Assembly: GCA_051294905.1 (NCBI GenBank)
Contig: CM119373.1
Coordinates: 5,582,001-5,646,000 of the forward strand
Direction: 5' to 3'
Source of the DNA: Botryllus schlosseri
Lineage: Eukaryota
DNA length: 64,000 nucleotides
Positions within the stretch are counted from its first letter, which is position 1. Each line of letters opens with the position of its first letter. A program made the position numbers and the translations under genes. This document shows positions 50,135-61,656 of the stretch, piece after piece. The notes under the pieces were generated by a model, which saw only the letters and a program-made list of their open reading frames with translations, had not been told where the DNA came from and ran no database searches.

Positions 50135-51979
50135 GATACCAAACATGCCAGGTATAAACCCCTATTATCGCCAACTGGATTTTTTCAAAATGCCCTACAT
50201 TTATGTCCGAGGTAGCCTATTGTTAAAATTGTCATAGGCAACTCTATCATGGCCATAAACTCTACAATTTTGGTCGGATTGACTTGAATTTAGTACGAAT
50301 GGACTCGGAATTTAATGCTGAGTATTCACTCCTCATTACACATATCGCATATGCTAGGTATAAATCCCCAGAACAGCTATTCATACACACGTATGCAGGA
50401 CCGTAACTGCCGCGCCCCAAAACCCCATAATTGGGGGGGGGGGCAAAACTATAACATAAATTGCAGAGTATTTATAATTACAGAGATTTATTCCGTGTAA
50501 CGTGGATAAAGACGCGATTAATAAATATATTATTGAATCCGGCCCGCCAAGTTCTTCATTTTCTCATATCCGGCCCGCCGACCGGAGAAGTTGCCCGCCG
50601 CTGTGTTGGATGGTGTTCCTGTAACCTCGAACCCTCACTAGTATTTAGCATTTCCAATACGTGGCAGCCTTGCTCATCCTTATTCCGACCTTATGCTGCC
50701 GTCTACACATAATTAAAGTAACGTGTGTTGGCGGCTGTGAATATGCAATTTGAATTTAAGAATTGGTTTCCAAATCTTCGGATAGATTGTAATACAATTT
50801 TCATCGCGCTTCGCGCGGTTGAGGGTGACTTGGATTTTTCGTTTTCAATACAAGAGTGTCCTCTGGTGATTCAGTACCTTTTGACCACCAGTGTTTATGC
50901 CCATTGCTTTCTGATTACCTTTACGTCGTGACGATTAAGTTCATTCTGTACTAGTTGGGTGCTGTATTGTTTCTGTTCGTTGTACCTCAGTTAATTCTGC
51001 ATTATTGTCGTGTTGTATTCAGATACAGTAGCTTACTTTTATGGTAATAAAATCCTAGTAGCCGATAGTAGAGTTCTAACAAAGGGTACAACACGAAACG
51101 TGGGCGGTATTGCCCGCCAGTGCGCGATTTGAGGAACAAGGGGTGGAAAAGCAAAGTTGTCGACTGGCGGGCGATAGGGGTAGAAAATCTTAAAATGTCC
51201 ACTGAGAGATATTTGATTAACACGATCAAAAAATGCACGTAAAGACGTTTTATTCTGTATAGGACGTGAAAAAAGGTCAACTCAATAGAAAGTAGATGCG
51301 AAAACTGAATTTCCGAGCACGTACCACCAGCAAAATGGAAATTTTTTAGTAAATTCACCAGCGATCAGAGTTAGGTGAATAATTTCCAGATGATATATCC
51401 CTTTCTTCGGATCCGTGAATATGGAGGGCGAAAATTTGTGTCGAGATTGTTAAGGAGGCGATGAGTCTAAAAAGTTTGGGAACCACTGAACTAAACCATA
51501 CAAACGTTTGTACAGTTTGATCGCATCGGACTCTCTTTGTAAAACCGGATTCATAGGTACTGAATGTTGCATCTCGTAGAGTCCATAATGCATATTCGGT
51601 ATGTAGAAGTACCAATAGTCTTGGTGTGTTTTATTGCGGTGCAGCTCTCCGAAATATGCGCAAAATGTACATGTGAAACAAGAAATAGCATTTTCTGCAA
51701 TCGTGTTTGAGAACATCTATATGTAAAAGGCGCAAAAACTTCATAACTTCGAAAATCACCATCAAAATAGCTTTGTTTACGAACTCTTCATGCTTTACAT
51801 AAGGATCATTTTTCGGTCGATTGCAGTGCCGTGGAGAGCAACTATGATCAATAAGACTCCATGCTGTACAATTGTACGTGTACGGTTTACACTGAACAAT
51901 CTACATTCTACACAAACATAATTACTTTGTTGAAGCATATTATTTCGTGAACTCGGGTAATCATTGTCGCTAGTCTAAA

Positions 51980-52220
51980 TGTGGAAGACCTCCTAATATA
52001 GTCGATGTAAAGAGATTCACGATAGTTTTTAGACAGCTTAATTTCCGCGTCCTCACGGCAGCAAATTCAGATCAGAAGGGCCTATGCATTGTCGTGGGTC
52101 CACCAAGTGTCCATTTCACCTAGTCGGAGCTAGACACTTGGCCGCCCTAGAAATAACAGTACCATCACAATAGTAAATATAACAATCATCACATACACCC
52201 CTAATGGGTGGGCTGTCACA
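51980..52220 (-). repeat. 3' LTR of the Gypsy element
   Basis: Direct repeat of 57639-57879; preceded on - by a polypurine tract. Confidence 0.95.
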
Positions 52221-52232
52221 CTGCTCCCCCCC
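52221..52232 (-). promoter_or_regulatory. Polypurine tract
   Basis: GGGGGGGAGCAG on - directly abuts the 3' LTR. Confidence 0.8.
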
Positions 52233-52314
52233 AAAAGTAGAGGGAATTACATAATAAAAAATTCACTCTCACATCTAACCAAAAACTAACAACAATAATC
52301 AAAATAAACAATAA

Positions 52315-55300
52315 TCATGACTCATAATCCAACAAATACCTAGGACGCCTGACAAAACGTTTTGACCTTGAAGTATATACAGTTTCAGGCACGTCCTGGT
52401 CATTCACAATATCAAAAATCTCATCACCATGATCAGAAACATCAGCTATTACCGGTTCAAAAACATCACTACTTTCCCCATCGTCACGATCATAAGGCAT
52501 CAGGTAATCAACATGAGACTTGCGAAAACTTTGAGTTCCAACTTTCTGTATGCGGTAAACACACTCTGAAATTTGCTCAACAATTACACAGGGTCCTGAC
52601 CATCCAGAGGACAATTTTCTCTTTCTAGGAGGATAGAAATACCAACAATAGTCACCCACAGCAAAAGCCAGCGGTCTCACCGCACCATCAAAATCACGTT
52701 TCTGCCTCACTGCAGACTTAGATAGACGTTCCCGAGCAAAAGTAAAAGCATCTGAACAAGCATCACGAAACCAATTCACATAATCCACATAGCATTTCGC
52801 ACTGTCATTACTGGGGGGCCGACCATACATGATATCACTAGGAAGTGATATTTCACGACCCAGAAACAGGCGATTCGGGGTATAACCAGTGGAATGATGA
52901 ACTGTTGAGCGATAAGCCATCAAAATATACGGCAAATGGTCAGCCCAATCAGACCGAGAATCATCAACAAAACTAGTGAGCATTTGCTGCAGCGTTCTGT
53001 TCATACGCTCACAGAGTCCATCCGAACGGGGATGATAGGGGGTGGTACGAGTCTTCCTAATATCAAAGAGCAAACACATGTGTTGAAAAAGTTCCCCTTC
53101 GAATTGTCCCCCTTGGTCAGTATGAATTATTCGTGGGCACCCATATTTTGTGAAAAATTGCGACACCAGAATTTCTGCAGTATTTTGAGCAGATTTAACA
53201 CGCATCGGATACACTTCAACCCATTTCGAAAAATAATCAGTAAGCACCAACATGTGCAAATACCCCTCGTCAGTCTCAGGCAATGGCCCAACAAAATCAA
53301 GCGACACTCTATCTAAAGGTTCAGCACAAAGCATCTTGCACAAAGCAGCTTGGTGAATACCATGAGGTGACTTTGTAGCCGTACAAGTCTTGCAAAATTT
53401 CACCCAGTGCTCCACCATGCGTTTCATACCGGGCCAGTAGTAGCGTTCTCTCATCTTCCAGTAAGTCTTGTCACGTCCAAGGTGACCTGCAGTCCGAAGA
53501 GTATGAAGGTGATTGAAGAGTTCCCTGCGCCATGATCTTGGCACTACCAGTTGATACGTTATGGGACATCCAGGCTTTGTCTTCGAATACTTCCTATACA
53601 GCACTCCATTACACAGCGACAACACAGACCACTGCATACATAGCTGACGCACTACATGCGGCTGAAACAACAATTCTTCCGATGTGGGACGGTCCGTACG
53701 ATTCTCTTTATACTGTATGACCGCATTAAGTTCCGGGTCTTCTGCTTGCCCTTGACGGATGTCAGATAACGTATAAGATCCCAACCAATTGGTAGTCCTA
53801 TCGTCAGAAATACCGGCAACAATTGCAGATACAATTTTCCCACCTTCGGAAGGCAAAAACGGGGCACATGAGCCACACTCTTCACGATTGCAACGTCGCC
53901 GAGGTCTGCGACTTAAGCCGTCCGCATTGCCATGAAGCTTCCCAGGCCTATGTTCGACTGTGAAATCATACGTATTCAAGTAAGATATCCAACGGGCTAT
54001 CAAGCCTTCCGGTTCGCGAAAATTCATCAGCCATTTAAGCGCCGCATGATCAACCCTCAGAATGAATTTTCGACCCCAAAGATAAGTCTTGAAATGTTCA
54101 ACTGCCCATCTACAAGCATACAGCTCTCGGAAAGTAGCGCACCAATTGGACTGTTCCTTTGAAAGAGATTTACTTGCATATGCAATCACCTTTTCTTCGC
54201 CATCTTGAAGCTGTGACAACACTGCTCCTGCACCAAAACCAGAACAATCAGAATCCAATATAAAAGCACCACCGTCCTTCAAAGGGAACGCCAACATAGG
54301 AGCCGAGGTCAGTTTCGTTTTCAATTGTTCAAATGCCATCTGACACTGTTCATCCCATTTGAAGTTCACACCTTTCTTAGTGAGCCGCAGCAAAGGTTTG
54401 GCCACCGATGCAAAGAATGGCACAAACTGTCGGTAATAATTTGCAGTGCCCAAGAATGCCTGCAAATCCTTCAATTTACAAGGCACAGGCCACTCCTTGA
54501 TCGCATTCACTTTCTCTTCACAGCACAAAACCCCGTTTGACGTGATAACATGACCCAAATACTCCACCGACTTTCTGAACAATTTGCACTTGGACGGTTT
54601 AAACTTCAGTCCTGCAGAACGAATCCTGAGGAAAACATCCCTCAAATTTGCAATTTCCTCTTCGAAACTCCTGGCATATACCATGACATCATCATTGAAC
54701 ACCAGAGCTTTCTTGTATAAAATACCAGCAAGAACTTTTTCCATCAATCTTTGAAACAGAGGTGGCGAGTTGGCCAATCCAAAAGCCATGACCTTGAACT
54801 GGTAATGGTCTCTCCCAGGAAGGCTGAAAGCAGTTTTGTGGCGATCCTTCTCATCAATCTCCACCTGCCAGAAACCACTGGCTAAATCAAAAACAGAAAA
54901 CCAAGTGGAATTACCGAGCGAGTCTAAAATGTCATCAATCCTTGGCAGACTATACGCGTCTTTCACTGTAACTTCGTACAGTTTTCGAAAATCCAAAACA
55001 ACACGAGATGACCCATCTTTCTTAGGTACCAACAACAACGGTGTATTATACGGGGAGTCCGATTGCTCAATAACATCTTGATCCAGCATCTTATCAATCT
55101 CAGCATCCAATATCTTTCGCTTGGCCCAGCCCAATCGTCGCGGAGGCACTTTGATTGGTTTAGACGAGGAAGTCACAATTTTGTGCTTGATCACAGAAGT
55201 ACGACCCAAGCGACCATCTGGGCCACAGAAAACATCCTGAGATTCAATCAGGAGGTTCCGCAATGATTCGAGGTGGAAATCAGAGAGACCTTCCACATCG

Positions 55301-56166
55301 TCTACCAGACACTCCAGATGCTCAGGTAAGGATCCAGGATGAGGGACATCCTGAACAAGCGTGGGACAGCAAAATTCCACAGGCTGACACTCTTGCGGAC
55401 ACAAAACTCCCAGTAACAAGGCAGCTGGCAAAATAATGTCCTCGCCGCCAGAATTAACCAACAGCAAGGGTATCCTATCCAATTCTGGGTCTACCAATCC
55501 AGGGACCAAATACAGACCACTCGACTCATATTCACTCACGAAATTGCCTGAAGGTTCGAAAATAACTGCAATTCCATCCAACTGGGGCCAAGTCTCATTA
55601 AGTTTACCAAATATTATCGTCTCACTGTACCCAGATATAGATACATCACTATCCAAAAAGATTCTACAGCAGGGCACTGATGGAGTGGACGGTTTAAGAT
55701 TGACCCTTTGGCCCAACACTTCCATGCATTCGTCTTTTGCATACAACACACAATCATACTCTTTAAAATAATCATAACCCAAAATCCCAACAGCGGCGCC
55801 GAGCTCCGCAACAACCACTTCCTTGACAACACACACAGATTCAATGCACATTTGCACCTTACTCCTACCTAACACGTTCAGCCATCCACCATTGGCAACT
55901 TTATACGACTTCTCATACGGAAACAGCTCGCCTTTGTTAGGCATATCACCCCACACAGAAATATCGATAACTGTAATCGCACTGCCCGTGTCAATAAGAA
56001 ACTTGATCGCAAAACCATTCACACTCACCATCGCAAACCAATTAGTTGATAAAGCTAGCGAAAAAACCAAAGAATCATGTTCTAACATCCTATCCAATGA
56101 TTGGTCCATAGCACTGGTCTCATTCGCGGTATCACTGGACCAATGATCCGCTACTATTGGTTTAAA
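52315..56166 (-). CDS. pol: Gypsy pol polyprotein (aspartic protease, RT, RNase H, integrase); probably entered by -1 frameshift, first Met at 56109
   Basis: LIDTGSA protease; RT with DLASGFWQ, MAFGLANSP and FNDD; RNase H; HHCC zinc finger (HTLRTAGH...CKTC); integrase core HTDQG...ERMNRTL. Confidence 0.93.
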   Translation of the reverse strand, partial: FKPIVADHWSSDTANETSAMDQSLDRMLEHDSLVFSLALSTNWFAMVSVNGFAIKFLIDTGSAITVIDISVWGDMPNKGELFPYEKSYKVANGGWLNVLGRSKVQMCIESVCVVKEVVVAELGAAVGILGYDYFKEYDCVLYAKDECMEVLGQRVNLKPSTPSVPCCRIFLDSDVSISGYSETIIFGKLNETWPQLDGIAVIFEPSGNFVSEYESSGLYLVPGLVDPELDRIPLLLVNSGGEDIILPAALLLGVLCPQECQPVEFCCPTLVQDVPHPGSLPEHLECLVDDVEGLSDFHLESLRNLLIESQDVFCGPDGRLGRTSVIKHKIVTSSSKPIKVPPRRLGWAKRKILDAEIDKMLDQDVIEQSDSPYNTPLLLVPKKDGSSRVVLDFRKLYEVTVKDAYSLPRIDDILDSLGNSTWFSVFDLASGFWQVEIDEKDRHKTAFSLPGRDHYQFKVMAFGLANSPPLFQRLMEKVLAGILYKKALVFNDDVMVYARSFEEEIANLRDVFLRIRSAGLKFKPSKCKLFRKSVEYLGHVITSNGVLCCEEKVNAIKEWPVPCKLKDLQAFLGTANYYRQFVPFFASVAKPLLRLTKKGVNFKWDEQCQMAFEQLKTKLTSAPMLAFPLKDGGAFILDSDCSGFGAGAVLSQLQDGEEKVIAYASKSLSKEQSNWCATFRELYACRWAVEHFKTYLWGRKFILRVDHAALKWLMNFREPEGLIARWISYLNTYDFTVEHRPGKLHGNADGLSRRPRRRCNREECGSCAPFLPSEGGKIVSAIVAGISDDRTTNWLGSYTLSDIRQGQAEDPELNAVIQYKENRTDRPTSEELLFQPHVVRQLCMQWSVLSLCNGVLYRKYSKTKPGCPITYQLVVPRSWRRELFNHLHTLRTAGHLGRDKTYWKMRERYYWPGMKRMVEHWVKFCKTCTATKSPHGIHQAALCKMLCAEPLDRVSLDFVGPLPETDEGYLHMLVLTDYFSKWVEVYPMRVKSAQNTAEILVSQFFTKYGCPRIIHTDQGGQFEGELFQHMCLLFDIRKTRTTPYHPRSDGLCERMNRTLQQMLTSFVDDSRSDWADHLPYILMAYRSTVHHSTGYTPNRLFLGREISLPSDIMYGRPPSNDSAKCYVDYVNWFRDACSDAFTFARERLSKSAVRQKRDFDGAVRPLAFAVGDYCWYFYPPRKRKLSSGWSGPCVIVEQISECVYRIQKVGTQSFRKSHVDYLMPYDRDDGESSDVFEPVIADVSDHGDEIFDIVNDQDVPETVYTSRSKRFVRRPRYLLDYES

Positions 56167-57638
56167 GCTTGATGGGTCGGTTGAGCAGGCACATTTTGAT
56201 TAAACACAGGGCCATACATCTGGTTCGGAGAAGGATACTGGAATTGACATTGCTCAGCGACGTGACCAGCTCCACGGCACCTCGCGCAAACAGGAACCGG
56301 GCAATTACGTATCAAATGGGACGGATCACCGCACCGATAGCATTTCGGCATTACACGACGTTCTGGTTTTGAATACCTAACTGGGGCAGATTCCATCGAT
56401 TTCACCAGTTTCCTAACCTCCAAAGACAAAGTTTCCAAGTCTTTGCGAAGATCAGAAACACCAGAACACATAACCATCACCAGTTTTAATCAAAGACTTG
56501 GCCACCTTGCCCTGGTCTACTTTACTCGAAAAAGCGCCTTCGTAAACCTCTGCGACTTTAATCAGGTCGTCCAAATTGCTCGAATCCTGCAAGCTAAGTA
56601 AAGCACACACATGGGGGTCTGAGAAACCATGGCAAAACTGCTGAATTACCATCTGCTCACAAACTTGGTCAGACATTTGAGGATATGCCTTATGGGCTAG
56701 ACTTCGCAGGGCCGCAGTAAAAGCTGTGGGTGACTCCCCTGGCAAGTTCTTCCTAGTGGTGAAGGAATTACGATAAACCAGTGAGCCATGAGAACTAGCT
56801 TTACACCTCTTTCTCAAATGTTCAACGAGGCGCCCATACTGCACACGAACCTCAGCAGATAACTCACACGCAACAGACAAAGCTCGGCCACGCAAACTAG
56901 CACCCAAATAGCAACCTTTACGTTCATTGTTCCACTGGTTACACGAAGCAGTAAATTCAAAATGACAGAGGTATTCCTCCAGAGAAGTACCGCTAGCACC
57001 ATCAAATGTGTCAGGGGCCATTTTAACATAATCAGGCGCACCGTAAGGAAACGGTCCAACATTTATCATTTTAGGACTACTTTGAGCACCATTACAAGGA
57101 GGGACAAATGATGTCTCATCTCCACAAGAATCTATCACAAATCCAACCTTGGGCCTACTCACAGGATCACAATCTAATTCCCCATTGCTGTCGGCGTCAA
57201 CCTTGAGCGAGTTCACCACAGTAGCCAACATACCTTTCATGTCACCCATGCTACTGCTCATCAACTGAAACTTATCGTCAAATCCTCTGTTCATCAGCTG
57301 AAACTTCTCTTCAAACCCACTGTTCATCAGCTCAAACTTCTCTTCAATTCCTCTAACTTGCGAGTGGAGAGCATAGCTACATCCCCAGTCACCGAAGTCA
57401 TCAATTCCACAGCCTGACGCTTCGCTTCGTATGCCATATTCTGCGGAATACCTTCAATAATTGTGTTCAATCTCACCAAGCTTTCTTTGACTTTTCCGTC
57501 CATACCGGTACTGATAACAGCAGAGTCATCATCCGAATCCGAAATCGTGTCAAGCACTAGAAATCTGTTGCGTGCCTCCAGATAACTCTCCTTTGACGAG
57601 GATATAGTATCGACTTTGTTTTTCGGCGTGCTCGCCAT
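56154..57638 (-). pseudogene. gag: Gypsy gag, interrupted by two frameshifts (~57360 and ~56465)
   Basis: Three consecutive ORFs of 103, 291 and 108 aa; capsid-like PDTFDG...CNQW segment; zinc knuckles CYRCGDPSHLIRNC and CARCRGAGHVAEQC. Confidence 0.85.
57622..57637 (-). promoter_or_regulatory. Primer binding site, possibly tRNA-Arg-like
   Basis: TGG starts 1 nt after the LTR end. TGGCGAGC is complementary to a tRNA ending GCUCGCCA, as I recall for tRNA-Arg(ACG); not verified for this species. Confidence 0.7.
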
Positions 57639-57879
57639 TGTGGAAGACCTCCTAATATAGTCGATGTAAAGAGATTCACGATAGTTTTTAGACAGCTTTA
57701 TTTCCGCGTCCTCACGGCAGCAAGTTCAGATCAGAAGGGCCTATGCATTGTCGTGGGTCCACCAAGTGTCCATTTCACCTAGTCGGAGCTAGACACTTGG
57801 CCGACCTAGAAATAACAGTACCATCACAATAGTAACTATAACAATCATCACATACACCCCTAATGGGTGGGCTGTCACA
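57639..57879 (-). repeat. 5' LTR of the Gypsy element
   Basis: Direct repeat of 51980-52220 with 4 substitutions by manual comparison; followed on - by PBS TGGCGAGCACGCC. Confidence 0.95.
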
Positions 57880-58847
57880 TAAAGACATTGGAATTGGTCA
57901 CACGAGGCATAGGCCTACCTAACTTAGCTAAAGGAAAAAATCTATTTCAATTCGCATTTGAACACATGGAGCATTATTGTCTTCCACGGGTCACATTTAT
58001 ACCGCGCCGGAATTAGATAAGGACTATGCGGTGCTTGATCATATCAACACCGAAGATTCCGGTCAATATTGGTGATAATTTTGGGCCACGGCCTCATCGT
58101 CAGTGATCTTTTTGGCATTGCACATCTCGTGAAATCGCATGCTGTCCAAACCTTCGTATGTATTGGTGTGTCTTAGCGCGGTAATGGTCCGTGACGTGAT
58201 ACGGATGATGCACCCGCACCCGCAGGTTGCGCACCACTAGACCAAAGTATTATAACAGCCTCAAGCGATGTTCTTGTAACTGCGAATACTGATGAATTTT
58301 TTCTGTAAAATTATGCGTATTGTGTTCGGTGTTCGGGACTCGGTATACGCACACGGAATTGAAGAACAGCTTCTTGGAGGTACAGAACTTCAATATACAA
58401 TTGAATACTCTATTCCTATTGGAATGAATCCGAATACTTTCGGATGAGGCTCGTCAGGAGTAATCGCCAGAAACTAGTACAGAATTCAAAAGAGCATCGT
58501 ATATCAACAATCGTAGCACAAAATATGACGTCACCAGCACGAAATTTCGAATACGAGAGATCAAGAAATGAACATAGGCGCTCGAAGCGCGACTCCAATT
58601 GAAAATTGAATAATTCTATACCCAAATACGCCACCTCATGTCGATTAGCGATATAATGTCGGGCCGCCATCGAGATCTGTTTAAAAATAAGTGGTCTGAA
58701 TTTTTTTAGGTTCCAAAAAATAAATTTCTGGGTCGTTACGATTTTTAGAGCATACTCCGCGGCTTTAAAAAATTGAATCGCGGACCCCAATTTGAGAAAC
58801 ACTGTTCTATAGCAAGGGCGTCAAAACTCGAATGACGGCTATATATA

Positions 58848-59287
58848 TAGGGTTACCATACGTCCTCTTTTAAGAGGATTTGTCATCTTTTTTGACTTTT
58901 TTGAAAGTGTCCTCGGAGGACGGCCTTTTGTCCTCTTTTGTGAGATTTTGTCCTCCTTTTTGAAAATTTAGGTCAGATTTAGAGCAAACTGCGAGTGATA
59001 TGCCGTAAATTAGCACAGAAGTGACGCCCCGGCGGGTATTTCGGAGTGAAAAAAGGTGATTTTAGCTCCGAGCGGAAAGATAACTATTTTTTTTAGTCAT
59101 TCACCTAGCAATGCGGAGAGAAAAAATGGTATTTTGAGCTCTGAGCGGAAAGATGACCTTTTGTTTTAGTCAACCGATCACAAAGTGGGAAAAATTCACC
59201 GGTTTTTGAGAATTATTCTCCGGTTTTGCAAGTCTCAAATTTCTGAAAAAGTGTCCTCTTTTAGATTTCAAAAATATGGTAAGCCTA
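58848..59287. mobile_element. Second copy of the 6339-6771 MITE, opposite orientation
   Basis: Reverse-complement similarity over the whole length; TIRs present, TSD not matched. Confidence 0.85.
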
Positions 59288-59916
59288 GAAATATGGCATC
59301 TGTTAATACACAGACATCGAATAATCGAATTGCTCCATGGTTTGTTATAGTATAGTGAGTTTTGTATTGATTTCAAACTATGATTATTTGCCAGACGAAT
59401 TGACTTACCATATACATACCGTCATTTGTCACCATCAGTCATCGTCGTGGAATCGCTATAAATGGTTCAGTGGTGTGAATTGAATCGATTTAGTAAATGC
59501 CGAATTCGCAATTCAATGAATATAATATCATCGATTGGTGAAACTATTTATGAGTATCACTTCGCTGCTTTTTCAGCGTCTGAATTCAAGACTAACATCG
59601 TATAATATCGATTAAACTAAATGACAGATAAGATTAATTACGAATCAGCATTTATTTAGGATGTATTTGCTATCACATATAAAAGCCCGTCAACATTCTG
59701 AAATAGCCAACATTGATCATGATGCCTTGTTGGACATGATGCCTTGATTCACCAACGCCCAGAAAACAAAACATGGTGGATGAAGCACTGAACAAATGTC
59801 AAAATATTCATGTGGAATCTCCGTGTCGATGTATGTGAATGACCCGTTAGTGAATTAGTTTTCCCAGCATTCAGATAATTCCCAATATATAAATCGTGAC
59901 TATCAACAAGAAATCA

Positions 59917-60584
59917 TTAATTCTTGTTACATGCATCAGTCCAATTATAAGTTACTCCTTGATTGGGGACGATTGAATTGTCGCTATCGAAAATCACGAC
60001 AGCAACGCTTGGAGAGTAGCAATCATCAGATTCGTACATCTCGAGTATATCCGACGTATTCAAAGCCCCCTCCCATAGTGTAAAACCTTCTATTTCTCCA
60101 TGAAATCCTTCGTCTGCAAAGCTTTGTTTACCTGGACGTGTTCCGTTGATTGAACCGTGTTGAGAATGGCCCAAGATGAGCACTCCATTGGCTGGGACCG
60201 GATTGGGATTTTGAGTTGTATGGGATGGAACAGACGAGCCGTTAACGTAAGTAGCCGTCGATGATGCTGACTTCACTATGCACAAATGTGTCCGAGTTGT
60301 TATGGGCTCGCTCGTATTGATGGAGTGTCCTCTACTTTCGAAATATACCTTAATTGACGGCGTTTCTGTATCAATTTTCATGTGAACGGTTTTGCACACA
60401 TTTGACTCTGAAATATTCAACGATGCACAGTAATTAAACAACGTTCCTGCCACAGGATCCTGTTCCTTAACAGGCCGAACCCAAGCGCATGCTGTGAGTG
60501 ACGTCATCTGTGGAACGATGCCTTCATACTTAACATAATACTTGTGATCTTCCCTCGGAAATATGAAGTACGAAGTGTTGTGCG
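59917..60584 (-). CDS. Terminal exon encoding a pentraxin/LamG-like domain (copy B)
   Basis: Acceptor ttcag at 60585-87 (phase 1); TSLTACAW, THLC, YVNG, GVLILGHSQH, GEIEGFTLWEGAL; clear paralog of 14589-15244; AATAAA on - at 59651-56. Confidence 0.85.
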
Positions 60585-61407
60585 CTGAAACCATTGAGTA
60601 AACAATAAATGAAAAGGTGTCAATGTCAGAGGGAAACATCTGAAAATTTTGATTTATACCACCATAAACAAATGCGATTTCAACTCAATTAGGTGGTTTG
60701 GAAAAGTTTTTGATTTTAAGACTAATAATCGCACTCCAATAGTAATCACACTATGTCGACGACTCTTTAGTCAACACGTATCATGGTAGGCTTTAACTAA
60801 AAATTGGAAACGAGGGAGTAATGACCTTTTTTTAGTGATCAGTATCCCAAATTTCACGGATGGAAGACCCGCACTCACGCAGGAACTTAGCGGTTACACG
60901 CTAACAAAAGTTTACGACCCCCGATTTGGGAGACTCAATAAATAAGGAAATTCTCCAGATTTGATATATCTTGAGTATGCGGGTTCTATACCTTGTATGC
61001 TTGAGCTTCGCGTGACCAGCTACTTAAAAAAAATCGTCGCTGTGAATACAAACATTAGTACGAAAATTTGTCACCACGTGACCTCACATTGCTAACTCTG
61101 ACATTACTATTTTCTAAGTTATAATTGAAGTCAATAGACCTATATGATGGAAAGAACAGATTTAAGAAAGTTCTTAACAGAACAGTTTCACTCCTGCTAA
61201 GGTGGCTAGATAGCGTAGTGGTATAATCCACAGCTGCAGTCGGACCGAGGTCGACTCCAGAATTCAAACCTATAAAGTGTTGAAGGTTTATTAAGACTCC
61301 TCCTCGCCCTGCTTACATACACCATGTAGTCTACTAATAAACGTTAGCACTTTTACGATATCGAATTAGTCATACCATTACACAATACACATTCTGAATA
61401 AACGCAC

Positions 61408-61509
61408 CTCTATCATCTTCCGGCTCCGAAGTGCTGACACTGTCCTCACTTGTGGTCGTAGAGGGCTTGGTGTCGCGCGTCGTACTTGAGCCTGGTTCGT
61501 TCATTGCAT
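61408..61509 (-). CDS. Putative Ser/Thr-rich linker exon upstream of pentraxin B
   Basis: aag|AMNEPGSSTTRDTKPSTTTSEDSVSTSEPEDDR|gtgcgt, phase 1-1, compatible with the pentraxin exon. Confidence 0.55.
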
Positions 61510-61587
61510 CTTTGATGAGTGTGTTGATTGAAACGGCGGGATCATGAATTCTCTCATTATATAATCTCAGATTAACTTAGAACTCAC

Positions 61588-61656
61588 CGCCATCGTAGGG
61601 CTCCGACGTCGTGACCTCATCTTTGCTTGCCATCATACGGGGTGCGGTTCCGATTG
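61588..61656 (-). CDS. Putative short linker exon upstream of pentraxin B
   Basis: taacag|IGTAPRMMASKDEVTTSEPYDG|gtgagt, phase 1-1; shares a TSEP motif with the next exon. Confidence 0.55.

Larger units (their letters stand above)
51980..57879 (-). mobile_element. Full-length Ty3/Gypsy LTR retrotransposon, 5900 bp, no env
   Basis: Two 241-bp TG...CA direct repeats; 4-bp TSD TAAA (51976-79 and 57880-83); PBS, PPT, gag with two CCHC knuckles, pol in PR-RT-RH-IN order. Confidence 0.97.

Noticed and set aside
52362..56372. Many plus-strand ORFs over the retroelement
   Set aside because: Antisense shadows of pol and gag.
57325..57329. TGATG stop-start overlap suggesting termination-reinitiation in gag
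   Set aside because: The 11-aa repeat continues upstream in the second frame, so an indel near 57360 explains it better.
58019..58078. LDHINTEDSGQYW resembling an Ig-domain DxGxYxC motif
   Set aside because: Stops replace the Cys and there is no other Ig feature; probably chance.
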